Shown in pieces: positions 51,615 to 64,000 of a DNA stretch of 64,000 nt. How positions within the stretch are numbered: the stretch's first letter is position 1; every line of letters starts with the position of its first letter. Source of the stretch: Pecten maximus. Its lineage: Eukaryota. The notes beneath the pieces are model-generated. The model did not search any database. It was given only the letters and a program-made list of their open reading frames with translations, and was not told the origin of the DNA. The stretch is taken from positions 42,160,001-42,224,000 of the forward strand of contig NC_047019.1 in NCBI RefSeq assembly GCF_902652985.1, read 5' to 3'. The position numbers and the translations under genes were made by a program.

Positions 51615-54340
51615 CTGAGTTATATATCACTGACATTGTCACACAAATACACTGTGTTATATATCACTGACATTGTCACACAAATACACTGAGTTATATA
51701 TCACCGACATTGGACATCACAAATACACTGTGTTATATATCACTGACATCGCCACACAAATACACTGTGTTATATATCGCTGACATTGGACATCACAAAT
51801 ACACTGTGTTATATATCACTGACATCAGACATCACAAATACACTGTGTTATATATCACTGACATCGCCACACAAATACACTGTGTTATATATCACTGACA
51901 TCGGACATCACAAATACACTGTGTTATATATCACTGACATCGGACATCACAAATACACTGTGTTATATATCACCGACATCGCCACACAAATACACCGAGT
52001 TATATATCACTGACATTGCCACACAAATACACTGTGTTATATATCACTGACATTGTCACACAAATACACTGTGTTATATATCACTGACATCGGACATCAC
52101 AAATACACTGAGTTATATATCACTGACATTGTCACACAAATACACTGTGTTATATATCACTGACATTGCCACACAAATATACTGTGTTATATATCACTGA
52201 CATCACCACACAAATACACTGTGTTATATATCACTGACATTGCCACACAAAAACACTGTGTTATATATCACTGACATCGGACATCACAAATACACCGAGT
52301 TATATATCACTGACATCGGACATCACAAATACACTGTGTTATATATCACCGACACCGCCACACAAATACACTGAGTTATATATCACTGACATTGGACATC
52401 ACAAATACACTGTGTTATATATCACTGACATCGGACATCACAAATACACTGTGTTATATATCACCGACACCGCCACACAAATACACTGAGATATATATTA
52501 CTGACATCGGACATCACAAATACATCGAGTTATATATCACTGACATCGCCACACAAATACACTGTGTTATATATCACCGACATCGGACATCACAAATACA
52601 CTGTGTTATATATCACTGACATCGGACATCACAAATACACTGTGTTATATATCACTGACATCGCCACACAAATACACCGAGTTATATATCACTGACATCG
52701 CCACACAAATACACTGTGTTATATATCACTGACACTGCCACACAAATATACTGTGTTATATATCACTGACATCGGACATCACAAATACACTGTGTTATAT
52801 ATCACTGACATCGGACATCACAAATACACCGTGTTATATATCACTGACATCGGACATCACAAATACACTGTGTTATATATCACTGACACTGCCACACAAA
52901 TACACTGTGTTATATATCACTGACATCGGACATCACAAATACACTGTGTTATATATCACTGACATCGGACATCACAAATACACTGTGTTATATATCACCG
53001 ACACCGCCACACAAATACACCGAGTTATATATCACTGACATCGCCACACAAATACACTGTGTTATATATCACTGACACTGCCACACAAATATACTGTTAT
53101 ATATCACTGACATCGGACATCACAAATACACTGTGTTATATATCACTGACATTGGACATCACAAATACACTGTGTTATATATCACTGACATCACCACACA
53201 AATACACTGTGTTATATATCACTGACATCACCACACAAATACACTGTGTTATATATCACTGACATTGCCACACAAATACACCGAGTTATATATCACTGAC
53301 ATCGGACATCACAAATATACTGTGTTATATATCACTGACATCGCCACACAAATACACTGTGTTATATATCACTGACATCGCCACACAAATACACTGTGTT
53401 ATATATCACTGACATCGGACATCACAAATACACTGTGTTATATATCACTGACATTGGACATCACAAATACACTGTGTTATATATCACTGACATCACCACA
53501 CAAATACACTGTGTTATATATCACTGACATTGCCACACAAATACACCGAGTTATATATCACTGACATCGGACATTACAAATATACTGTGTTATATATCAC
53601 TGACATCGCCACACAAATACACTGTGTTATATATCACTGACATCGCCACACAAATACACTGTGTTATATATCACTGACATCGGACATCACAAATACACTG
53701 TGTTATATATCACTGACATTGGACATCACAAATACACTGTGTTATATATCACTGACATCACCACACAAATACACTGAGTTATATATCACTGACATCACCA
53801 CACAAATACACTGTGTTATATATCACTGACATCACCACACAAATACATAGAGGATTTCTAACAGTGTCTTCAGTAATACCAAATATATTTCACGAGTGGG
53901 GCTAATATTTTGATATTTTTCACGAGTGCGCAGCACGAGTGAAAAATATCAAAATATTAGCCACACGAGTGAAATATATTTGGTTTTACTGAAGACACTG
54001 TTAGATATTCTGTTTATTACATTTTTTATCAACGAAAACCCTACGCTGTATGCTAACTAGGACTACAGCGATAATTTGTAAACAAAAAAAGTAGTTTCCC
54101 CTGTCCAGGTGCTGACATATATGTTGGGCTTTCTGATTGGTCAATTATTTTGGTATTTTCTAATCATTAATTTGATTGGTCAAATCAGCAAAAGTGATAT
54201 TTTTCACTAGTGAAAAATATGATATTCTTCACTAGTGAAAAATATCACTTTTATAGAATGAATAATTTTTGATATTTCACTGGTAAAAATGTAATAAACT
54301 GTGTTATATACCACTGACATTGCCACACAAATACACTGTG
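51615..54340. repeat. 37/39-bp minisatellite (~58 copies), interrupted at 53848-54298
   Basis: Unit cacaaatacactgtgttatatatcactgacat(cgcca/cggacat); the array resumes in register at 54299. Confidence 0.96.
53848..54298. mobile_element. 451-bp non-autonomous palindromic insertion without TIR or TSD (Crypton-like candidate)
   Basis: Splits a satellite unit at aaataca^ctgtg with no duplication. Contains a 147-nt hairpin (53858-54004), two TTCACTAGTGAA palindromes and two TGATTGGTCAA motifs, and ends in AATAAA. Confidence 0.8.
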
Positions 54341-54455
54341 ACAGCTGTATTATCAGTGATCAGTGTTCCCTGGGTATTGATCTACATCACAGTTTTATAA
54401 AGCTACTCTTGTTTCACAGTTAATGAGGAAAGAAATATTACTGGGAGTTGTTCGA

Positions 54456-56048
54456 TCGGAGATTGTTTGTATACTTAACTACACATTGAACAGTTAGATC
54501 AGAGATTGTTAGTATACTTCACTACACATTGAACGGTTAGATCAGAGATTGTTGGTATACTTCACTACACATTGAACGGTTAGATCAGAGATTGTTGGTA
54601 TACTTCACTACACATTGAACAGATAGATCTGAGATTGTTTGTATACTTCACTACACATTGAACAGTTAGATCAGAGATTGTTGGTATACTTCACTACACA
54701 TTGAACAGTTAGATCAGAGATTGTTGGTATACTTCACTACACATTGAACAGTTAGATCAGAGATTGTTGGTATACTTCACTAAACATTGAACAGTTAGAT
54801 CAGAGATTGTTGGTATACTTCACTACACATTGAACGGTTAGATCAGAGATTGTTAGTATACTTCACTACACATTGAACGGTTAGATCTGTACATTGAACG
54901 GTTAGATCAGAGATTGTTTGTATACTTCACTATACATTGAACAGTTAGATCAGAGATTGTTTGTATACTTCACTACACATTGAACAGATAGATCTGAGAT
55001 TGTTAGTATACTTCACTACACATTGAACAGTTAGATCTGAGATTGTTGGTATACTTCACTACACATTGAACAGTTAGATCAGAGATTGTTGGTATACTTC
55101 ACTACACATTGAACAGTTAGATCAGAGATTGTTGGTATACTTCACTAAACATTGAACAGTTAGATCAGAGATTGTTGGTATACTTCACTACACATTGAAC
55201 GGTTAGATCAGAGATTGTTAGTATACTTCACTACACATTGAACGGTTAGATCTGTACATTGAACGGTTAGATCAGAGATTGTTTGTATACTTCACTATAC
55301 ATTGAACAGTTAGATCAGAGATTGTTAGTATACTTCACTACACATTGAACGGTTAGATCTGTACATTGAACGGTTAGATCAGAGATTGTTAGTATACTTC
55401 ACTGTACATTGAACAGTTAGATCAGAGATTGTTAGTATACTTCACTACACATTGAACAGTTAGATCAGAGATTGTTAGTATACTTCACTACACATTGAAC
55501 GGTTAGATCAGAGATTGTTAGTATACTTCACTGTACATTGAACAGTTAGATCAGAGATTGTTAGTATACTTCACTACACATTGAACGGTTAGATCTGTAC
55601 ATTGAACGGTTAGATCTGAGATTGTTGGTATACTTCACTACACATTGAACAGTTAGATCAGAGATTGTTAGTATACTTCACTACACATTGAACAGTTAGA
55701 TCAGAGATTGTTAGTATACTTCACTAAACATTGAACGGTTAGATCAGAGATTGTTAGTATACTTCACTACACATTGAACGGTTAGATCTGAGATTGTTGG
55801 TATACTTCACTACACATTGAACGGTTAGATCTGAGATTGTTAGGTATACTTCACTACACATTGAACAGTTAGATCTGTACATTGAACGGTTAGATCTGAG
55901 ATTGTTTGTATACTTCACTACACATTGAACGGTTAGATCTGAGATTGTTAGTATACTTCACTACACATTGAACGGTTAGATCTGAGATTGTTAGTATACT
56001 TCACTACACATTGAACGGTTAGATCTGTACATTGAACGGTTAGATCAG
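54456..56048. repeat. 43-bp minisatellite (~37 copies, with 21-bp partial units)
   Basis: Unit gttagatcagagattgtt(g/a/t)gtatacttcactacacattgaac(a/g). Confidence 0.96.
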
Positions 56049-56490
56049 CACTCGTGTATAGGTGGTTATCACAGTAATGATGAGTGACCGAGATTTTAAA
56101 AATAAATGAGACATCTGAAATGTCTTCACGCATCAGTAAACATGAAACACTGACCTAGATGTTTACCTGTCTGGTTCTTCGATGTTAGAGTATAAGGTGA
56201 GAACGAAAATTTGGCACAAATTCATAAAAAAAATGGTGACAGGTGAATGTCCTTGCCCTTTACCTGTGACATTCCTATCATGAATGCTGTCTCCTTTGTT
56301 CGGATGAAATTATCACCAATTCAAGTGGTTTGTGTGTCGGTGATGTCATTCTGACAACCTCTTGTTTTGTGTTCAGTTAGACCCCCTACTCCGAACTTAT
56401 GAAATGTGGCATACCTTAGAGATCGTCTGAGTGGCATTTTTGACAAAATATTCTAATGATTGGTGAAAGGTGGTAATCTGTTCCACTTTG

Positions 56491-56906
56491 GGGACACCTT
56501 CAATCATATCAGAGAGAATTTAGGGACACCTTCAGTCACATCGGACAGAATATAGGGACACCTTCAGTCACATCGGACAGAATTTAGGGACACCTTCAGT
56601 CACATCAGACAGAATATAGGGACACCTTCAGTCACATCGGACAGAATATAGGGACACCTTCAGTCACATCGGACAGAATATAGAGACACCTTCAGTCACA
56701 TCGGACAGAATATAGGGACACCTTCAATCATATCGGAGAGAATTTAGGGACACCTTCAGTCACATCAGAGAGAATTTAGGGACACCTTCAGTCACATCAG
56801 AGAGAATTTAGGGACACCTTCAGTCACATCGGACAGAATATAGGGACACCTTCAGTCACATCAGACAGAATATAGGGACACCTTCAGTCACATGGGCAGA
56901 ATTTTA
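56491..56906. repeat. 32-bp minisatellite (~13 copies)
   Basis: Unit agggacaccttcagtcacatcggacagaatat. Confidence 0.95.
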
Positions 56907-57469
56907 GATAATGGTTTTGATAGTGGGCAGTTAAACGAAATACCCACAGCAGTTAATGACTCTCTTTACAAAACTATTTCTGTTATACAAAAACTTTACA
57001 GAACGATAGAACTAACCAAATCATTTTCAGTGATACATCTACCAGGAAGAATATTTCTGATTTACACTAGAATTTCATTGACTCTGTAAATGGTTCCTTG
57101 GATTGCGAATAAAGATTTTCAATTAGTGGTTTTGGTTCTGGTAGAAGAACTATTGTGTTATCAGATGTTGTATCATGTCGGCTAGTTCCCTCTGTTTTTA
57201 TCGGCAAGAAGGGTTGACAGTAATTAATGTCTTCATTCTGTCAGGTAAACCAGGCCATTCAACACTCATAACATGTTATAATTTAATTTATGTATATAAT
57301 CAGTAATTTATTTCAAAATGAATCTTCACATATTCTCTGTCGTAACTTGATCTACATTGAATTGTATCACACCTGAAATTCTGTTTTAGCTTCTATCAGT
57401 TAATGATCAGGTGGAAAAAAAACTATATTTGTAATAAGGAATTGAATTAACTAAGATCATATCAAATGC

Positions 57470-57573
57470 ATCTGTACTTGATATCAATATACCTGTATTA
57501 CCTTATAACTTACTGAGATATCTGTACTTGATATCAATATACTTGTATTACCTTATAACCTACTGAGATATCT
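57470..57573. repeat. 50-bp direct duplication just upstream of the last exon
   Basis: tctgtacttgatatcaatatac...tactgagata at 57471 and 57521. Confidence 0.85.
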
Positions 57574-57615
57574 AGGGTTCTGTTAAGACTTTAATATCAT
57601 TGTTTTTATTTGTAG

Positions 57616-58080
57616 GTCATCAATTGGAAACAGAATTTGAAAATTCCAAGGGAGGCCAATCTGTCGCGTGCAGCAGAGGATCTGATCTTAAAACTGTGTT
57701 GCGACCAAGAGACGCGTTTAGGTGCTAAAGGTGCGGCTGAGATCAAGGAGCATCCATTCTTCTACTCACTGAACTTTGAGGGGTTACGGAAACAGACATC
57801 TCTGTATAAACCCAAAATTAGTCATCCCACTGACACATCAAACTTTGACCCCATTGACCCTGAAAGAGTCAGGGAAAGTGACCCAGACGAGGAAATTAAA
57901 AAACCAGACCATCCGGTCAACGGAAAACATCCTGAGCATGCATTTTTCGAGTTCACATTCCGCAGGTTTTTTGATGATGGTGGACATCCATATCCCATGA
58001 AAAACTGGGAGCATGGTATTGAGAAAGAAAGTGACACTGCAAAGGAATCCGAGTCATCTAATGCTCCAGTCTACGTATGA
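57616..58080 (+). CDS. LATS1: LATS/Warts last coding exon: subdomain XI and AGC C-terminal tail with hydrophobic motif
   Basis: Encodes VINWKQNLKIP...HPTDTSNFDP...HPEHAFFEFTFRRFFDD (Hippo/MST target Thr in FTF) and ends APVYV-TGA, the LATS-type xVYV terminus. Acceptor tttttatttgtag|GTC, phase 0. Confidence 0.96.
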   Translation, partial: VINWKQNLKIPREANLSRAAEDLILKLCCDQETRLGAKGAAEIKEHPFFYSLNFEGLRKQTSLYKPKISHPTDTSNFDPIDPERVRESDPDEEIKKPDHPVNGKHPEHAFFEFTFRRFFDDGGHPYPMKNWEHGIEKESDTAKESESSNAPVYV

Positions 58081-59200
58081 CATCACATCCTGACTCGCCT
58101 ATAAGTCCAAGGGGAGTATAGTCGAGTCTCATACCCAACACTACAAAAGTCGTCAAAGATAAAGATGGTTTTCACAAAAGCTGTTGTTAGGTTAAAAACA
58201 GAATTACATCTCTCTTTACAAAATGATATCTTTTTGCAAGTTCATTTATTAAATGTTTATAGTTTTTGAGTCAATTGCTTAGCAATGGAATGTGAGTGCA
58301 AAGGATTGTTTTGATGCCATGTTATTTTAGCCATACGACCACCCTACACTTGTGGATCATCTGAAACCTGATGGAGATGTTTAACCTCGACACCACTGAT
58401 GGAGTTTTCTCCAAATCAGAAACTGGTGGAAACTTCAATACTATCACATCAAAGTACTTTAATTTAACCTCAGCTTATCACAAAATAGGGTAAATTTGTT
58501 TTCATACATCTTGAGGCGAGCATACTTTTGTGACTCCATCTTTATTTATGAAGGGCTCTTGGAGGAAAATGAGATAATTCTACGTACCATATCTAAATTA
58601 TCAGCAGAAATTTTCTCATCAAATTTGAATTATATTAGATGTATATTGATGTGGTGGTTTTCCTCCAGGAGTCTTTATATTGATGATATTTGCAAGATGG
58701 GGTTATTGTTTTAGCTCCCATGACTTGTGGATAGATACTGGGAGACTTGTATCTTGTATAGAGAGAGAGAGAGAGCACTATCTGAACACAGATACATAGA
58801 GTGAGGGAGACATTTTGTTGTTAGATTTTTGTTTCATTTTGGATCAAATCCAAAGAAAAGATATTATTTTGTACCAATGAAAACAGTGTTTATAATGCTT
58901 ATCAAAACAGTCTTTCATCATTGTACAAATCTCGTAAATTTGACAACACGTTTTTGTGGACGTCTTTCAAAACTATGCATTTCTTGAGCGAGATGTTTGA
59001 TCACTGTCAAAACTAGATACCCTATCATGTCAATAAAAAAAGAAGTGGAAATTAACAAAATAGCGTCAATACCATGTGTAAGATGAGAAACGTGGCACTG
59101 TTGACATACAATATGTCTACATTGAGTAACGTACATCATGACAATTATTAATTATTATATTCAGAGTGTATAAGAAATAAACCACATTTTCAGAAGTAAA
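58081..59200 (+). other. Probable 3' UTR of LATS/Warts (end uncertain)
   Basis: Non-repetitive AT-rich sequence after the stop codon, with AATAAA at 59032 and 59176. Later AATAAA hexamers exist, so the UTR could be longer. Confidence 0.45.
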
Positions 59201-59465
59201 TTATTTCATATTTTTATGGAAAGTTATTTTGAAACTGCAGCTGAATTAATAGACATGGTTTGTAACATTCCTCCACAAAGTTATTCTTATTGTGCAATAT
59301 CAACAAACAAGTGCTCTTAACATTGGTTCAGGTAATTTAACAAATTTTGATTTTGAGATAAAATATTTATATGCAAATGTGTATATATTTTTTCTGGTAA
59401 ATAAGAAGTGTTTAGATTAAGCATAATGATGAAATTATCTTAAATTGACAGGTTATTGAGTATGT

Positions 59466-59865
59466 GGCCCAATCCCCACTGAGACAGGTGTATTACATGG
59501 CCCTAGTCCTCACTGAGACAGGTGTATTACATGGCCCTATTTCCCACTGAGACAGGTGTATTAAATGGCCCTGTTCCTCACTGAGACAGGTGTATTACAT
59601 GGCCCTGTTCCCCACTGAGACAGGTGTATTACATGGCCCTGTTCCCCACTGAGACAGGTGTATTACATGGCCCTATTTCCCACTGAGACAGGTGTATTAC
59701 ATGGCCCTGTTCCTCACTGAGACAGGTGTATTACATGGCCCTAGTCCCCACTGAGACAGGTGTATTACATGGCCCTGTTCCCCACTGAGACAGGTGTATT
59801 ACATGGCCCTGTTCCCCACTGAGACAGGTGTATTACATGGCCCTGTTCCCCACTGAGACAGGTGT
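59466..59865. repeat. 34-bp minisatellite (~12 copies)
   Basis: Unit ggccctgttccccactgagacaggtgtattacat. Confidence 0.95.
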
Positions 59866-61648
59866 GGGGACTAGGGCTGTATAATCAACACACCTGTCTC
59901 AGGTGTTGGTACATACTGACCACTTGAAATATTCACCAACCTTCTCTAGAATATTGACATACTCACAATGCTGTTGTAGCAGTTATTCCAATGGAACTGA
60001 CCACTTGAGCTTTTCCCAATGTCTGTTTGGTGAGAATTTTACCAAGGACTCCTTTAAATTTGTTTATTCATTGTTGGGAAATGTACAAGTACACAGTGTG
60101 GATCCACTGGGTCGTTCATGGGGTCAAAGGATTTGATGAGGGAAAAAAAAGAGAAAACTGACCATCCTATGTTAATGACATCTACACATTATAATCCTAC
60201 TAATACATACTGGTTATAAGGAGAAAATAGACTGTCCCAACACCTTTCTTCTGTATAAAACTTGATAGTTAATGTCTTATTTCGGCTAGAATTTCGACTG
60301 CTTCTCTTTAAAAGACAGGATGTCACAAGCTCCATTTTTCATAATAAAAAAAAAGATCCGAGATCCAATAGCAATCGCAGTTGCAAAGTTATGAATATGT
60401 GCTACAGATAATGGGGAGTAACCCCAGTTAGAAAAAAAAACAAGCTAAAAACAAGCTGAATACAGTATAAAGGATTGGGACACTCTACCTTAATCATAGG
60501 ATCTGGCGAGATGACAAACCTCTACATACCTAACTCCTTAAGGTTGTAAAAGCAATGTTGATTAACATTCTTAATTTCCACCTGTATGTTTTTGTTGAGT
60601 TTTTGTACCTGGCCCTCCCCTAATGCCTGTTTGTTAAGTAGAGCCTATCCAGACAGATGTGGTGATCCAACAGCCCGAGCGCTAGCCAACTTATCATAAT
60701 TTTGCAGGGTATATCATAATTTATAAGAGGAATGGTATCACCTTAAAGTGCTTTTAACAAGATTTCTGTGTTATCTAGTTTGATCTGTTGATCGACAGTC
60801 TTACCTTGTTGTCAAGGTATCTGTTTTAGTGTTTATGTTTACAGCTAATGCTTCTGTCCTGTATGTTTGTAAATATATATACATTATATATATATAGAAT
60901 TAATTTACCTGTATGTATAATAGTTATGTATAAAACAAGAAATAAAAAGGGCTTGAGCTTGTAGCTTGTATGCCTAGATTTCCCATGGTGCAACCTATGT
61001 ACAATGTAAAGAATTCCTCTGAGAGTGTTGAGTTTGAATGTGTGTATTGAATGTCTGCGGTATGTATGTGTTTAAATACAGGTGATGATGTGTAGAAGTT
61101 AATATGAGAGAGGACACAAAAAGGTCAGTATACATGTGTGTGATTAAGTGTGATAGGGGATGTACAGTTATGAGTGAACACCTTGGAGGAAATCTGTAAA
61201 TGTGATTGTGCACACAGCCTACATGTAAATAGTGTGCTCTCCCTGCCTATATTGGTAGTATAGTAGATGGCCACTCGCAACAGGGGTAACAACTGCCAGG
61301 CTACTGGGAATATGTATGATTAAACTGGCAATATTCTCAAAATAAAAGATGTCAACATAAACAGTTGTGAGTTGTTATTTATCGACAGACAGCTGCTTGA
61401 TGCTGAGGAACTGTGCAGCAAATAAGACACTTGTCTACATTGACTAGAAAATCACCAGACCTAACGAACATTATCGCTCAGACATGTTATACACAACGAA
61501 TAAAATTAGAATTGTTATAAATACAGTATGTCTGAAGTACCTGGGACTGGATGACACTCTACAAAGGTACTTGTCTGATGCATAACATTTTTAATTCATG
61601 GAATGATAGCCTATGCCCTCTCATATTTATACATGTGATAGATGCTGG

Positions 61649-62875
61649 AGTTAAGGTTATATGCTATCTTACATTACATACCTGGGATTTGGATTAGAGT
61701 TAAGGTTATATGCTATCTTACACCACATACCTGTGGTTTGGATTAGAGGTAAGGTTATATGCTATCTTACATTACATACCTGTGATTTGGATTAGAGTTA
61801 AGGTTATATGCTATCTTACACCACATATTGGCATTAGAGTTAAGGTAATATGCTATCTTACATTACATACCTGGGATTTGGATTAGAGTTAAGGTTATAT
61901 GCTATCTTACACCACATATTGGCATTAGAGTTAAGGTTATATGCTATCTTACATTACATACCCGTGGTTTGGATTAGAGTTAAGGTTATATGCTATCTTA
62001 CACCACATATTGGCATTAGAGTTAAGGTTATATGCTATCTTACATTACATACCCGTGGTTTGGATTAGAGTTAAGGTTATATGCTATCTTACACACCACA
62101 TATTGGCATTAGAGTTAAGGTTATATGCTGTCTTACATTACATACCCGTGGTTTGGATTAGAGTTAAGGTTATATGCTATCTTACACACCACATATTGGC
62201 ATTAGAGTTAAGGTTATATGCTGTCTTACACACCACATATTGGCATTAAAGTTAGGTTATATGCTATCTTGCACCACATACCTGTGGTTTGGATTAAAGT
62301 TAAGGTTATATGCTATCTTACACACCACATATTGGCATTAGAGTTAAGGTTATATGCTATCTTACATTACATACCCGTGGTTTGGATTAGAGTTAAGGTT
62401 ATATGCTATCTTACACACCACATATTGGCATTAGAGTTAAGGTTATATGCTATCTTGCACCACATACCTGTGGTTTGGATTAAAGTTAAGGTTATATGCT
62501 ATCTTACACACCACATATTGGCATTAAAGTTAAGGTTATATGCTATCTTACACACCACATATTGGCATTAAAGTTAAGGTTATATGCTATCTTACACACC
62601 ACATATTGGCATTAGAGTTTAGGTTATATGCTATCTTACACACCACATATTGGCATTAGAGTTAAGGTTATATGCTATCTTACACACCACATATTGGCAT
62701 TAGAGTTAAGGTTATATGCTATCTTACACACCACATATTGGCATTAGAGTTAAGGTTATATGCTATCTTACACTACATTCCTGTGGTTTGCATTAGAGTT
62801 AAGGTTATATGCTATCTTACACTACATTCCTGTGGTTTGCATTAGAGTTAAGGTTATATGCTATCTTACACCACA
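61649..62875. repeat. Composite 42-49-bp minisatellite with alternating A/B tails
   Basis: Constant agagttaaggttatatgctatcttaca followed by either ttacatacc(t/c)gtggtttggatt or (ca)ccacatattggcatt. Confidence 0.95.
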
Positions 62876-64000
62876 AACTGTGATTGTTATAGCTTTTCTG
62901 TAGTAAGGGGGGAACTCCAAACTTAATGTGAAGGCCAGTGTAAATTTGCGTTTTGATTTTTAAAACCAAAATATATGGTGATCCTCCATAGCCCACAAGT
63001 ATTATGCATGATATAGGTATAAACTTTTATAAACCTTGAAATAGAACAATTGGAAAGTTACAATTTATTGTTGCTTGATGTGTACTCCAACAATAGAGAT
63101 ACTGGCTGGATATCTCGAGGTCAAATTTGGGAGGCATAATGGACCAATATTGGACCAAACAACGAGGTTTGAATTGGTAGGTGTCTATAATCAAATGAAT
63201 AGCTCGGAAAATCTGAAAAAAATGACCGAAAAAAAGAGATGCGACAATGACGATAAACTTGCATGGTCCGAGTGGTCTAAGGGAGACAACCCCAGTTATC
63301 ATGAAACCGTATCCCTAACTGACGAGAATACGCTGTAGAATGGAGTTTCCTACCATGCTAAACTGTTACAGTGATAACATTTGGGGTATACTTTATAAAA
63401 CAACGCTGGTTAAGTGAATTCCTATGGACAGTAACTTAGTGATTGTGTGTTGCTGTCAGACTAGCGTTGACAAAGATTGAAAATCGCCACCATGCACGGC
63501 CAGGCATTTATGTCCTTGGCATGGCATATGGTAACATTTAATAGATTCTATAAACTCTAATCACATTACAATTTAACAATACAAAAATTACATATCATAA
63601 CATAATCATTAAAAACGTCTAAAATAAACATCTCAAAATGACAATGGTACTAAATTATAACAAACGCCTGTGTGAGGGTTGCCAAACTCCACTTCACTTT
63701 TCAAGGTCCTGTGGGTCCATCAAGATTGATCTCTGAGGTGTTACATTAAAAATACGACTATCGCGGGCGGAACAACATGCGCCCGTCGAATACCATATAT
63801 AGTATTATTTACTCTAGTGCATTGAGATATGATTTGTATCACCTTATGAGTGGTCATAGGTGGCAAGCTTTAACACTCACCTTTACCTCCACCCAAAGTC
63901 CAAGGTAACAATTCGAGGAGTACCATATAATTAATCAGGAGTTATTATTTTTGACGTCACGAATCTTGCGTCAGGTTTTGTAGATCTAACGTTAGTTATG

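Noticed and set aside
60230-60430. Possible DNA-transposon fragment (locally CpG-richer); similar impression at 63100-63340
   Set aside because: No termini, TSD or second copy are visible in the window, so it cannot be supported without a search.
61649-62875. CRISPR-like constant repeat plus variable spacer pattern
   Set aside because: The spacers are only two recurring related tails, the context is eukaryotic, and there are no cas genes. The same applies to the other arrays.

Overview
AT-rich metazoan genomic DNA. The composition and the very dense minisatellites suggest a mollusc/bivalve, but this is inference. The window holds most of one + strand gene, the Hippo-pathway kinase LATS/Warts. 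I can reconstruct a 46-nt microexon (32550-32595), a 2826-nt exon (33231-36056), exons at 43890-44072 and 49373-49479, and the last exon (57616-58080). All junctions are GT-AG, the phases match, and the spliced frame is 1208 codons plus stop. I found no canonical N-terminal (LCD1/UBA) exon in the upstream 32.5 kb, but a candidate alternative first coding exon sits at 10764-10823. About half the window (~33 kb) is some 25 unrelated minisatellite arrays with 26-64 bp units, and these account for nearly all other long ORFs in the track. Other notable features: a TIR/foldback DNA element (29005-29899); a TSD-less, hairpin-rich 451-bp insertion inside a satellite (53848-54298); a degenerate type I hammerhead-ribozyme-like fold in the intron (17802-17880); a tRNA-SINE-like head (30997-31115); apparent enrichment of TEAD motifs in the upstream intron; a CTCF-like site; and a coding 10-aa tandem repeat inside LATS.
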